Shown: piece by piece, positions 20,066 through 30,326 of the stretch
Numbering within the stretch: the stretch's first letter is position 1
How the letters are laid out: each line of letters starts with the position of its first letter
Assembly: GCA_934633695.1 (NCBI GenBank)
Contig: CAKTYT010000002.1
Location: forward strand, 38,767 to 102,766
DNA from: an uncultured Clostridia bacterium
GTDB taxonomy: Bacteria > Bacillota > Clostridia > Christensenellales > CAG-138
Direction: 5' to 3'
Length of the DNA: 64,000 nucleotides
Made by a program: the position numbers and the translations under genes
Notes under the pieces: model-generated
What the model saw: only the letters and a program-made list of their open reading frames with translations
Database searches by the model: none
Told to the model about the DNA's origin: nothing

Positions 20066-21363
20066 TGTTCGATAACTCCCTCCAAATCATAGTAATCAGC
20101 CGCAGTGATTCTAACTTTTACATATTCTCCCGCTGACGGAACGGTTTCACCGAGTTTGATCTTTATTATGCCGTCCACATCTGCGGTTTCCGCATACGAC
20201 CTTCCAATCGCAATGCCATCGCCAACTGATTCGATAAGCACCTCATAAATCTTTCCGACCCGCTTTTTGTTGGACTCGAGCGAGATCTTCTGCTGCATGT
20301 GCATCAGCTTATCGAGCCTTTGCTTTGCGATATGTTCCGGAACCTGACAGGGCATTTGTGCCGCAATTGTCCCATCCTCAGCCGAATAGGTGAATGCACC
20401 GACACGGTCAAAGGGATGTTCCATCATGAACTGCATAAGCTCCTCAAAATCTTCCTCCGTCTCGCCCGGAAAGCCGAGCATGACAGTCGTTCTGAGAATA
20501 AAGTCAGGATCCTTGCTCTTTATGTAATCTGTTATCTCCCTTATGTGTTCCGCACCGCCGTGACGATTCATTTCAGTAAGCATATGCTTTGAAATATGCT
20601 GAATCGGCATGTCAATGTAGTTGCAAATCTTCTCCTCGCTGCAAACCGTATCGATCAATTCCTTCGTCACAGTGTTGGGGTAGGTGTAAAGCAGGCGAAT
20701 CCAATGCAGCGGCTCGATCTTTACAAGCTCAAGCAGCAGCTCGCGAAGCATGGGCCTGCCGTAAAGATCAATGCCATATGCCGAAATATCCTGTGCAATT
20801 ATCGTCAGCTCAGTGACGCCCATCGAAACGAGTCGCCTTGCCTCCTCAACGACTTTCTCCATGGGAGTGCTGACCCTTCCGCCCCTTATGAGCGGAATGG
20901 CACAATATGTGCAGCGATTATCGCAGCCATCCGCAATACGCAGATATGCCCTATACGGCGGTGTGGAAAGAATTCTGTCCGCTCCGCCGCAGATATTTGC
21001 CATTCCGAACTGAGCGGCGAGCTTTTCCGCAAATTTCGGATAATCCTTAACACCCCAGAACATATCGACCTCAGGAAGCTCCTGTTTCAACTCTTCAGGG
21101 TAACGCTGGCTCAAGCATCCGGTCACAATAAGGTATTTACAGTTTCCTGTTGTTTTATATTGAGCCATTTCGAGTATGGTTTCGATTGAATCCACCTTGG
21201 CGGGCTCAATGAACCCACATGTATTCACAATTATTATTTCTGCTGACTTTGCATCATTAACAATCTCAAAGCCATATTTACTGAGTTCGCCCAGCATTAT
21301 TTCGGTATCGACCGCATTTTTCGAGCAGCCGAGCGATACCGCACCTATTTTCGTCAACTTCAC
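20062..21363 (-). CDS. rimO: Ribosomal protein S12 methylthiotransferase RimO
   Basis: The product has the radical-SAM motif CDNRCTYC, an N-terminal UPF0004 Cys triad and a C-terminal TRAM domain. It uses a GTG start. Confidence 0.9.
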   Translation of the reverse strand: MKLTKIGAVSLGCSKNAVDTEIMLGELSKYGFEIVNDAKSAEIIIVNTCGFIEPAKVDSIETILEMAQYKTTGNCKYLIVTGCLSQRYPEELKQELPEVDMFWGVKDYPKFAEKLAAQFGMANICGGADRILSTPPYRAYLRIADGCDNRCTYCAIPLIRGGRVSTPMEKVVEEARRLVSMGVTELTIIAQDISAYGIDLYGRPMLRELLLELVKIEPLHWIRLLYTYPNTVTKELIDTVCSEEKICNYIDMPIQHISKHMLTEMNRHGGAEHIREITDYIKSKDPDFILRTTVMLGFPGETEEDFEELMQFMMEHPFDRVGAFTYSAEDGTIAAQMPCQVPEHIAKQRLDKLMHMQQKISLESNKKRVGKIYEVLIESVGDGIAIGRSYAETADVDGIIKIKLGETVPSAGEYVKVRITAADYYDLEGVIEQ

Positions 21364-21388
21364 TGAAAACTCCCTTTCATTTCAAATT

Positions 21389-24199
21389 TCAATTTACTTC
21401 ATTCTCCTCAGCACGCATGCCGAACACCCTGTTGTACTCCGCTGCATCTATCAAAACTTTTCTGGGCTTTGAACCGTCCGAAGCACTGACATATTTTTTC
21501 TGTTCCATAATATCTATCAATCTTGCAGCACGGGCATAGCCCACACGCAGTCTCCGCTGAATCATGGATATGGAGGCATTGCCATTCTCGATAACGATTC
21601 TCACTGCATCAGGCAGAAGATCGTCATCCTGCTTGCCGTTGCCCTGTCCGTGCGTGATGCTCTCCGTGCTGAAATCGCCCATGAATTTTTCATCATAGTC
21701 GGGTTCGGCCGCACTGTTTTCGATAAAGAACTGCATTACTGCCTCAACCTCTTCATCGCTGACAAATGAGCCCTGGGCCCTTGTGGGCTTGCTTGCACCG
21801 TTGGCATGGAAGAGCATGTCGCCCCTTCCGAGCAGCTTTTCCGCTCCGCCGGCATCAAGAATTACCCTTGAGTCAGTCGCATTCGAGACGGCAAACGCAA
21901 TTCGGGATGGAATGTTTGCCTTGATAAGACCCGTTATAACGTCAACTGACGGTCTTTGCGTTGCAACGACGAGATGAATTCCACAGGCACGTCCGAGCTG
22001 TGCAATTCGGCAAATCGACTCTTCGACGTCCTTTGAAGCGACCATCATAAGGTCTGCCAGCTCGTCAATTATGATAACGAGCCTCGGCCACCTGTCGTCC
22101 TCATTTTGCTGCAATGCATTGTAGCGGTAGATGTCCCTCGCATTTATCTTCCCCATCCTGGAATAACGCTGTTCCATCTCCCGGACAGCCCACTGCAAGG
22201 CTCCGGCCGCCTTCTTCGGGTCCGTAACAACGGGACAGAAGAGGTGCGGTATCGAGCCGAAAATACTCAGTTCAACGACCTTCGGGTCAACGAGTATCAT
22301 TCTTACATCCTTCGGTGAAGACTTGTAAACCATGCTTAAAATTATACCGTTTATGCAGACGGATTTACCCGAACCGGTCTGACCGGCGATAAGCATATGC
22401 GGCATTTTTTCAAGGTCCGCAAGCACGACCTTTCCGGCAATATCCTTGCCTATTGCAAATGTCAGGGGTGATTTTGCCGCCGCGAACTCCTTTGTTTCAA
22501 GCACTTCACGGAGAAGTACGGGAGCCGTGTCCTTGTTCGGCACTTCAATGCCGATTGCCGCCTTGCCCGGTATCGGAGCCTCGATCCTGACCCTCGGTGC
22601 GGCAAGTGCAAGTGCAATATCGTTGCTGAGTGTCGTTATTTTGTTGACCCTTATTCCCTGTGCAGGCTGAAGTTCAAATCTTGTAATGACAGGACCAATG
22701 CTTATATTTGTCATTTTTGCTGAGATATTGAAGCTGTTCAGCGTCTCAAGCAATACCCTTGCTTTTTCCTCCGGTGATTCGGCCGCTATCGCAGAGGCCG
22801 GATCCGGAAGCTTGAGCAGCTCGAACGGGGGTTTCTGATAGACTGCTATTTCAGCCGGAACTCCGCTCGTAATGCTGTTTTCCGGCTGTTTGACGTCTGA
22901 CTTGCCATTACTCTCGTCCTTTGCCTCGATGATGCTTTCCGCATTTGGATCGGTGTCAGGATCACCGGCAGTATACGTTCTTCCGACGTTATCTGCCATC
23001 GTTGTTATCACAACTCCATCGAGTATGCCTTCGTCAGCCGCAGGAGCATCCTTCTCTTCAGTATCGTCTGCAGGCAAATCCTTTTTTTCGGCTCCGCTGC
23101 CGTAAAGTTCATCGTACGGGATATTGTACGTTTCATCGCCGTATTCAATCTCCATCATTCTGCTTGCACGCCGTTTTGAGCGTCGCCGTGTGGAGACTGC
23201 ACTCAGAGTCTCATCCATGCCGATGAGTATATCATCGTTTTCATCATCGCAATCAATTACATCGGCATTATCATCGTTTTTCTTTTTCCTCCGCTTGCTC
23301 CTGCTCTCCGTTTCTCCAAACGGTACGCCGTTAGTGTCGCCGTAACCATTGTAGTCTCCTGCCGTCAAAACGGTATCGTCATGTTCAGGAAAAGAATCAT
23401 CGTCAAAATTCCTCTCCCGCCTTACCGCCTCCGCTGCATGGCTGTAAAGCTCTTTTTTTCTTTGTCTTGCGGAAATAAACGTTTCCCTTAACGATATGCC
23501 GGTAACAAGCATAACGAGAATTATCATTACACCAACTATAATAACGTAACTTATCCATACCCCGAACAGCTTAATCATAGGCCAGATAACGAATGCCGAG
23601 ACAGCACCGCCGCCCATTGCTTCCCTGCCATATTCGTACGAACTGGAAACGAACGCAAACCACCTAAGCGGCTTCACATACCCGCCGTATGCTGAAATGT
23701 GAATGATCATCATGATGCAGAGTGCAAAAAAGAACAGCCTTGTCCCGATCCTTCTGTTTCCTGTATCAACGTCTCCTGATGCGATCCTGTAAATTCCGCC
23801 TGCAACAAACACGACCGGCACAAGGTACGCTCCGATGCCTAAAAGCCCCTTAAGCAGCTTAGGGACAAAGGAAAGGATCGCCTCCGGCTGGAAATAAATA
23901 AATATACCGAGTACAACGCCGACGATTATTGAAATGATACCGCCGATTTCAACCATATTCTTTTCTTTTGCATCGAAGAAAGCAACGCTGTCCATGTACT
24001 CGCTGTGTTTTCTTCCGCTCTCCTGAGCTCTGTCGGCGGAACTTTTTTGTCCATAATCATTTGAACTCTTTTTCCTGCGGCTGCTCTTTGGGACGTCTAT
24101 TCCGTCCGAATCACCGCTTGTCTTTCTTTTTCTTGTATTTTGAGATGATGACGTATCCTTTTTTGAACCTGCCGCCGTTTTTCTCCCCTGCGAAGCCAT
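21389..24199 (-). CDS. ftsK: DNA translocase FtsK/SpoIIIE
   Basis: The product has N-terminal TM helices, a low-complexity linker, Walker A GQTGSGKS and a gamma winged helix (MIQRRLRVGYARAARLID). Confidence 0.93.
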   Translation of the reverse strand: MASQGRKTAAGSKKDTSSSQNTRKRKTSGDSDGIDVPKSSRRKKSSNDYGQKSSADRAQESGRKHSEYMDSVAFFDAKEKNMVEIGGIISIIVGVVLGIFIYFQPEAILSFVPKLLKGLLGIGAYLVPVVFVAGGIYRIASGDVDTGNRRIGTRLFFFALCIMMIIHISAYGGYVKPLRWFAFVSSSYEYGREAMGGGAVSAFVIWPMIKLFGVWISYVIIVGVMIILVMLVTGISLRETFISARQRKKELYSHAAEAVRRERNFDDDSFPEHDDTVLTAGDYNGYGDTNGVPFGETESRSKRRKKKNDDNADVIDCDDENDDILIGMDETLSAVSTRRRSKRRASRMMEIEYGDETYNIPYDELYGSGAEKKDLPADDTEEKDAPAADEGILDGVVITTMADNVGRTYTAGDPDTDPNAESIIEAKDESNGKSDVKQPENSITSGVPAEIAVYQKPPFELLKLPDPASAIAAESPEEKARVLLETLNSFNISAKMTNISIGPVITRFELQPAQGIRVNKITTLSNDIALALAAPRVRIEAPIPGKAAIGIEVPNKDTAPVLLREVLETKEFAAAKSPLTFAIGKDIAGKVVLADLEKMPHMLIAGQTGSGKSVCINGIILSMVYKSSPKDVRMILVDPKVVELSIFGSIPHLFCPVVTDPKKAAGALQWAVREMEQRYSRMGKINARDIYRYNALQQNEDDRWPRLVIIIDELADLMMVASKDVEESICRIAQLGRACGIHLVVATQRPSVDVITGLIKANIPSRIAFAVSNATDSRVILDAGGAEKLLGRGDMLFHANGASKPTRAQGSFVSDEEVEAVMQFFIENSAAEPDYDEKFMGDFSTESITHGQGNGKQDDDLLPDAVRIVIENGNASISMIQRRLRVGYARAARLIDIMEQKKYVSASDGSKPRKVLIDAAEYNRVFGMRAEENEVN

Positions 24200-24324
24200 G
24201 CTGCACCACCTTTCTCCGAAATTTTCATACGCAAAGTAACATTTATGTATACCGCTCTTTATTATAACTTATTTGGAGCTTAATTGAAAGACCCTTTTTC
24301 GTCCGTTTTGCTGAAGTAAGGTAA

Positions 24325-24360
24325 TAAAAAACTGCCGTCGGGCAAAATGCCGTCAGGCAG
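24325..24360 (-). terminator. Probable terminator after the S8 protease gene
   Basis: A CTGCC/GGCAG stem with further partial pairing is followed by TTTTTT on the minus strand. Confidence 0.6.
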
Positions 24361-24387
24361 TCATCAAAGCATTTAAAGGTTTTTTGC

Positions 24388-26997
24388 TTATGCGAGGCCC
24401 AGTGCGGAACGCATAATCATCGTTGCATCGACAACAGAAATCTCTCCGTCGCCGTTCACGTCACCTGCTTCAAGGTTAAGACCCGTTTCGGGAATAAGAC
24501 CCATTGCATAGCGCATTGCGAGTACAGCATCGGTAATTGTAACGGAACCGTCGCCGTCGATATCGCCGGTTGCAGGAGTTGATGAGGAGGTCAGGCGTAC
24601 ATTATCGAGGTATGCACAGTCATCGTTCCTGTCAACACTGCCGTCCTTTGTGTAAGTCCAGCTGAAGGTATAGCTGCCTGCCTGAGCTGCGGTGTAGGTG
24701 TAGCTGTCCCAGTTAAGCTCACCCGACTTTGCAAACTGCTCAGTGCCGTTGACAGCAAATTTGAGTTTGTCATAGTTACTTTCACTGCTTACCTTGTAAT
24801 CAAAGCTCAGCGTGTCGCCTGCCTGCATCTGAACGGTGAGTGTTACTGCGGAGGAGCTGTTTGAAACGCCTTCATTGCTGCTCTTTGCATAGTCACCTGC
24901 ACATACCCAAGGATACTGGCCGTTGCTGTCGAATACGAGCCTGCCGCCTTCAACGTTGAGAGCGGAACCGAGAGTATGTCCGATTTTAACGTTCTTGACC
25001 CATGCCCTGTCTTCGCCCTGTGCACCGCTTGCATCCTTTACGAACTCAAACCTGACTTCAAAGGTTCCGTCCTGAGGAGCATAGTATTCATAGGTCACAA
25101 AGCCGTTTGTGCTTGTCTCCGAGAGTACGGTTTCGCCGTTAATAACGAGCCTGAATGTATCTCCCGCACCTGCATCGACACGGTAATCAAACCTTACGGA
25201 CATGTTTTGCTGCAGCTCAACGTTTGCCTTGAGGGTGGAAACACTGTTGTTTACGCCTGCATTGCCGCTCTTTGCACCATTGCCCTCTTCGTCAATGACC
25301 CAGGGATAGAGTGCATCATTTTCAAACTGTACGGCAGAACCTTCTGCATTGACAGCGGAATCAAGAGTACCGAATACGGCAACATTGCTGATGTATGCCT
25401 TATCATCGCCCTGAGCACCGCTTGCATCCTTGACAAATTCCCAAGTGAGGAGCTTTTCACCGCATCCGGGGATGATTCCGTCAAACAAGCCTTCTGCATT
25501 ACCGTTTGTTTCAAAAATAACCTCGCCGTCAACACAGAACCTCAGCTTGTCGCCCTGTGCAGCACTTACGCGATAGTTAAATGTAATCCTCTGGTTTGCA
25601 CCGAGGCTTGCATTTGCACTGAGGGTCGAGGTCGAGTTGTCAACGCCTGCATTGCCGCTTGCTGCGATACCGTCTTCGCAGCTCCAGGGATACTGACCTG
25701 CGGAGAAGAAGTTAAGGATACGCTCTGTTGACTCACTGTTGAGCGAAGCAAACTTGAGAATGTCCCTGACGCAAAGCAGACCTGCACCGCCGCCCGCAAG
25801 AACGGGAGCACTTGCATTGCCCTTAATCGCTTCGCAAACTGCATCGGGTGTCATGTTCTTATTAAAGCTCTTGAGCATTGCCGCAACACCGGCAACGTGG
25901 GGGGTCGCCATGCTCGTACCGTCGAGATTGCGGTAACCGCCGCCCTTGGCCGCACTTCTGATGTTGACGCCGGGAGCGGTAATATCAACACAGGTACCGG
26001 TGTTGGAGAAGTAGGCCATTGCCTTCGATGAATCGTGTGCGGCAACGGTAATTGCTCTTTCAACATTGCCGGGGCAGTAATTCATTGCATTGCCGCTGTC
26101 GTTGCCCGATGCAACGCAGTAAACAGTGCCTGCATCGGAACCGTTTTCGATTACCTCGGTGTACACGGGATGACCCTGTTCGTTGCAGGGACCTCTGAGA
26201 CTGAGGTTTACCGCATCCGCACCATTGAGGTACGCATATTCCATAGCTGCCGCAATATTGACTGTATCGCCATAGCCCTCGCTGTCAAGTGCTTTAAGGG
26301 GCATGACCTTGACATTGGGAAGAGTGCCGTCAAGGACAGTACCTGCAACATGAGTGCCGTGGTAGTGATCGTCTTCAGGGTCTGCATCGTTGTTCTCAAA
26401 GTCGTAGCCTGCAACGAGCCTGCCGGCAAGGAACTCATGATCGCTGTCGCAGCCGGTATCGACAACCGCAACAACAACCTCGGGAAGGTTGTTTACACTG
26501 CCGACTTCACCGAGAAGCCATTCATTATAGTTGAATGCATTTACATGGTCATCGCCGTAGCCCCAGGAAAGGAAGCTGTCCTCACCGGGAGTCTGGCAGA
26601 TGCTCATGATGGTATCGGGAGCAACGTATTCAACGCCCTTCTGCTTTTCGTAAACTTCGGCAGCCTTCTTTGCCTCTTCGACGGAAGCATACTGAATTAC
26701 ATGCCAGTCATTGTGACCGCTTACGTGAGCAACACTGCCGGTATAATCCGGTTCTTCAACACTCTTTACGATAATGCGTGCATTTGCATACGGTTCGGTA
26801 TCCGCATTTTTCTTTGCATCGGCAATTTCATATTTCTTTGCCATTGCGTTGAACCTGCTCGTAAAATCAAGCAGTTCTTCAATTTTCGCTGCTCTTTCGG
26901 CAGCGGTCATCCCGTTATCGCTTTCTGCGGAAACAACGGGGATGAGAGTCAGGCACATGATAATGCTCAAAAGCAGTGCCAAAAACTTCTTCATCAT
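24388..26997 (-). CDS. Secreted S8 (subtilisin) family serine peptidase with three ~125-aa beta-sandwich-like repeats and a C-terminal dockerin
   Basis: The catalytic triad motifs are VAVVDTG, HGTHVAG and GTSMATPHVAG. The dockerin is GDIDGDGSVTITDAVLAMR...GDVNGDGEISVVDATMIMR. The start MMKKFLALLL has GGAGG upstream. Confidence 0.9.
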   Translation of the reverse strand: MMKKFLALLLSIIMCLTLIPVVSAESDNGMTAAERAAKIEELLDFTSRFNAMAKKYEIADAKKNADTEPYANARIIVKSVEEPDYTGSVAHVSGHNDWHVIQYASVEEAKKAAEVYEKQKGVEYVAPDTIMSICQTPGEDSFLSWGYGDDHVNAFNYNEWLLGEVGSVNNLPEVVVAVVDTGCDSDHEFLAGRLVAGYDFENNDADPEDDHYHGTHVAGTVLDGTLPNVKVMPLKALDSEGYGDTVNIAAAMEYAYLNGADAVNLSLRGPCNEQGHPVYTEVIENGSDAGTVYCVASGNDSGNAMNYCPGNVERAITVAAHDSSKAMAYFSNTGTCVDITAPGVNIRSAAKGGGYRNLDGTSMATPHVAGVAAMLKSFNKNMTPDAVCEAIKGNASAPVLAGGGAGLLCVRDILKFASLNSESTERILNFFSAGQYPWSCEDGIAASGNAGVDNSTSTLSANASLGANQRITFNYRVSAAQGDKLRFCVDGEVIFETNGNAEGLFDGIIPGCGEKLLTWEFVKDASGAQGDDKAYISNVAVFGTLDSAVNAEGSAVQFENDALYPWVIDEEGNGAKSGNAGVNNSVSTLKANVELQQNMSVRFDYRVDAGAGDTFRLVINGETVLSETSTNGFVTYEYYAPQDGTFEVRFEFVKDASGAQGEDRAWVKNVKIGHTLGSALNVEGGRLVFDSNGQYPWVCAGDYAKSSNEGVSNSSSAVTLTVQMQAGDTLSFDYKVSSESNYDKLKFAVNGTEQFAKSGELNWDSYTYTAAQAGSYTFSWTYTKDGSVDRNDDCAYLDNVRLTSSSTPATGDIDGDGSVTITDAVLAMRYAMGLIPETGLNLEAGDVNGDGEISVVDATMIMRSALGLA

Positions 26998-27051
26998 TTC
27001 TTCCTCCACGTTTTTTATTTGATTCGCCGTTTCAAACCGCAAATCCATATT

Positions 27052-27080
27052 ATTATATCATCTTCGGCGTATATTGACAA
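27052..27080 (-). promoter_or_regulatory. Sigma-70-type promoter of the protease gene
   Basis: On the minus strand the promoter reads TTGTCA - 17 nt - TATAAT. Confidence 0.55.
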
Positions 27081-27195
27081 GTATAAATTATCCCTTATCG
27101 GCAGGCCAATCCCGCCTCACGATGCAAAGCGACTGCGTGTGACCGTGATGCCGTATGGCTATCCCACACATGTCCGATGAATCGTGGATAGACTG

Positions 27196-27621
27196 TCAGT
27201 GCGAGCTGCCGAATACATCATCCCTGCCGGGTTGGGCAAACAGTTCTCCGAATTTGATTTTTCCGAACATACCGAACCTGTATGTTCTTCCAACGATGAC
27301 CGAATATCCGTCTCTGTGTTCCAGACTGACAATAATTGCATCTGACTCCTTTCCCTCGGACACGACGGACCCGTTCCAAGCAATTCCGCTGACTTTGAGC
27401 TCACCTTTCAGAGCTGATTTCCGGTGAGCCTCAACCAAGCCGTCAATTACCTTTTTTGAATCAGGGAATTCGATTCCGTCGTGAACCGCAGTCGCTGCCG
27501 CCGTACCATCCGGTCTTAGGATCGCTCCTACGGGATAAAATTCTTTGTTTTTCACAAGCAGCTTTTCCACCGGCGGCAAAATAAAATTGAGCAGTGTTTC
27601 GCAGTCTTCTTTTGGCGTCAT
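27196..27621 (-). CDS. Hypothetical cytoplasmic protein
   Basis: The 141-aa ORF lies between the two dockerin genes. I recognise no motif and see no signal peptide. Confidence 0.55.
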   Translation of the reverse strand: MTPKEDCETLLNFILPPVEKLLVKNKEFYPVGAILRPDGTAAATAVHDGIEFPDSKKVIDGLVEAHRKSALKGELKVSGIAWNGSVVSEGKESDAIIVSLEHRDGYSVIVGRTYRFGMFGKIKFGELFAQPGRDDVFGSSH

Positions 27622-27747
27622 GGCTATATTCTCCTTATTTGTAATGCTGACTTATTCGACCGGAGTTAGTTAAAAAACATTGTCATATGGCTGTTTAGTA
27701 TGTGAAACGCCCAAATCTTTTCGTTCGGGCGTTTACATACTGAATTA

Positions 27748-30069
27748 TTATTTTGTAGGGAGAATTGTCGCCCAACGCATAATTACGAGTGCGTCAGCGG
27801 CATCGACGGTGCCGTCCCCGTTGACATCAGCCACTGCAAGCTGCTCATCCGTCAAAGTCTCAATGCCCATCGCATACCTGAGTGTCATGAGAGCATCCGT
27901 AATCTCAACAACACCGTTGCCGTCAACGTCACCCTCAATTGGCTGAGGTTCGGGATTGTAATCGATAATTTCGACATCGACCGCTGCAAGCTCGCCATAA
28001 CGGTAAACAGTAAAGATATAGCTCTTTCCCGCTTCGAAGCTGTAATCATCATTTCTTCCGTCTGCCGAGCCTATATCGCTGACGTATTCAATGACAGGAC
28101 CATCCTCCGACCAATACCTTGGGTTGACAATGCACCAGTCATAGACGCCTGCCGGGATGATATTAGTTGCGGATTCGTTGTAATAGACAACATCATCCTC
28201 TGTCATGAAGTCGCCATCTGCATTTTCCGGAACCTTGTACTCAAAAAGTGCATATTCCGAAACGGCACCCTCTGCACCGTAAGCAAATACCGTATTGCCG
28301 GGCAGGATTGTGTTGCCGTATTCGACTGCATCGGCATCGAGAAGCATCTGGAAGCCGGAACCATCGAGCATAACTTCGTCAATTACCCTAAGCGTTACAG
28401 ATACCATGCTGAGGTCAAAATACATTGAAGCCACGGTGATATTTGCTGCAATTTCCGCTCCGTTGTAATCCCATCCGGTAAAAGCATAGCCCTCATGCAC
28501 GGGAGCGTCGGGATAATCCTGTTCGGTAAGCACATAACCCCTTTCAACCTCAACCGTTGAAATAATCTCATTTGTCAAACCATCGACGAAAGAAACAACC
28601 GGGTTCGTCTCCTCGCCGGGGTCGGAAACTTCGAGGTCATTCTCAATAAACATGCCGACAATGCTTCCTCCGTTTCCGATAACACCGCATTCGGTCACTG
28701 CTGCCGTGCGGGGATCAACAATTGTGAGGCCTGTCACATCATAGTCTGAGAATCTGCCCCAATAGAGCCTGCCTGTATTGTGATCAAATGCAAGCGACTG
28801 CTCTCTCTTCAGACCAAGACCCGTTGTACCGACAAGGGTTCCGACACCCGTGGCAAGGTCAACGGTGTAGAGTCTGCTGTCACTGCCGTACGATTCAGTG
28901 AGAGTGTATGCAGTGCCGTCAGTACTGATCGCAAGTGCGGCGGGCGTAGCACTGCCGCAAACTACGGGAGCAACTGCCGTAAGCGTTCCGCTCAATCGGT
29001 CAACCGTGTAGAGTGTACGGACGTTTTCTTCGTTAATGCCAAGGGCGTAGAGCGTCTGCGTGCTGTGGTCATATGCCATGTCGCGGATGGTGATATTACC
29101 CGCTTCGGCACCCATCGTAACTTCCTTCGATGCAAAATCCATCTTAAAGAACTGCTTTGAGGTGTTAAAGCCGTAAACCACGCCGCCTGCAAATTCAGCC
29201 GCTGCGATAGTCAAGCCGTTAAGATCGATCACAGTGGTAAAATTCGGTGAAAGGTCGGTGAAAGTCATGAAATTTCCACCCATGCTGCCGTAAAGCACAA
29301 CGGGGGGAAGTCCTTCGGTAACGGTGACATTGCATTCTGCCGCTGCACCGCCGTCAACCGTTTCGATGGTTATTACTGCATTGCCGACTGCAACGCCGTA
29401 TACGAGACCGTTTTCATTTACAGTTGCGATGCCTTCATCGGAAGAAGTGAAAGTCACTTCCTTGTTGAATGTGTTTGCCGGAAGGACGTTCCATACCAGC
29501 TGAACCATTCTGCCGGATTCAACGGAAATATTCTCGTCAACAGTGATTTCACTGCTGAGCACGGGGGCACCTACATAAACATTGTCAAGCCATACGGTGT
29601 CATCGTTTCTGTCAACGCTCGAATCCTTTTGATAGGTCCACTCGAGCGTATGCTCGCCTGCGGTAAGTGCATAACTGAAATTTGACCAGTCAATAACATC
29701 TGAATAAGTTGCGATCGTTGTGCCGTCGATTTTAAACATAAACTTGTCATAAGTTCTTTCAGTGCTGACTTTATAGTCAAACGATACGATTTCACCCTCA
29801 TTTGCTGTGACAGTGGCAGTCACTGTACTGGCAGAGCTGCCAACTCCCTGGTTTGTTGAAGCAGCCCAATGATTTTCGCCGTCAACGGCAAAAGGATACT
29901 CCCCTTCGCTGACGAATTCGATCGTTCCGCCCTCAACATTCAATGCCTGGCTGAGTGTGAGGCCATCTCTGCCGGCAGGGGGTACAACTTTACTTTCTGC
30001 AAAAACGGGAATTGTTACAACAGAAATCGCCATAACAATTGCCATGAGCAGTGCAAAAGTTCTTTTCAT
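27748..30069 (-). CDS. Secreted dockerin protein with N-terminal ~125-aa module, Big_2 domain, propeller-like repeats and a Listeria-Bacteroides-type repeat
   Basis: The product has a signal peptide and a Big_2-like segment (VTFTSSDEGIATVNENGLVYGVAVGNAVITI). It also has a GYAFTGW repeat and the dockerin GDVDGNGVVEITDALMTLR...DVNGDGTVDAADALVIMR. AAGGAG serves as the RBS. Confidence 0.85.
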   Translation of the reverse strand: MKRTFALLMAIVMAISVVTIPVFAESKVVPPAGRDGLTLSQALNVEGGTIEFVSEGEYPFAVDGENHWAASTNQGVGSSASTVTATVTANEGEIVSFDYKVSTERTYDKFMFKIDGTTIATYSDVIDWSNFSYALTAGEHTLEWTYQKDSSVDRNDDTVWLDNVYVGAPVLSSEITVDENISVESGRMVQLVWNVLPANTFNKEVTFTSSDEGIATVNENGLVYGVAVGNAVITIETVDGGAAAECNVTVTEGLPPVVLYGSMGGNFMTFTDLSPNFTTVIDLNGLTIAAAEFAGGVVYGFNTSKQFFKMDFASKEVTMGAEAGNITIRDMAYDHSTQTLYALGINEENVRTLYTVDRLSGTLTAVAPVVCGSATPAALAISTDGTAYTLTESYGSDSRLYTVDLATGVGTLVGTTGLGLKREQSLAFDHNTGRLYWGRFSDYDVTGLTIVDPRTAAVTECGVIGNGGSIVGMFIENDLEVSDPGEETNPVVSFVDGLTNEIISTVEVERGYVLTEQDYPDAPVHEGYAFTGWDYNGAEIAANITVASMYFDLSMVSVTLRVIDEVMLDGSGFQMLLDADAVEYGNTILPGNTVFAYGAEGAVSEYALFEYKVPENADGDFMTEDDVVYYNESATNIIPAGVYDWCIVNPRYWSEDGPVIEYVSDIGSADGRNDDYSFEAGKSYIFTVYRYGELAAVDVEIIDYNPEPQPIEGDVDGNGVVEITDALMTLRYAMGIETLTDEQLAVADVNGDGTVDAADALVIMRWATILPTK

Positions 30070-30263
30070 TTACTTTTCTCCTTCTCTGTACACCTTAATT
30101 TATCCGATACATATAATAGATTCGGACCGTTTTATTATACCAGTCATTCATGGGTGCCGCAAGTGTCAATTCCGATTATGCTGCGGAAAAGCAGACAGTA
30201 TCCGGATTTTGCTTCGGCATGTACCGTTCTGCCAAGCTGTGAAGCAAACCTGTTAAATTACAG

Positions 30264-30301
30264 AAAAATAGGCTGCCGCAGAAAGCTCTTCCGCAGCAGC
30301 C
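30264..30301 (-). terminator. Probable terminator after the cohesin gene
   Basis: An imperfect 12-bp stem (30271-30283 with 30289-30300) is followed by a T-rich run on the minus strand. Confidence 0.55.
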
Positions 30302-30326
30302 CCGATACTATTCAATTAAGGTTTTG

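Noticed and set aside
26035-27180. 381-aa plus-strand ORF
   Set aside because: It is antisense to the S8 protease gene, which has an intact catalytic triad. It is a shadow ORF.
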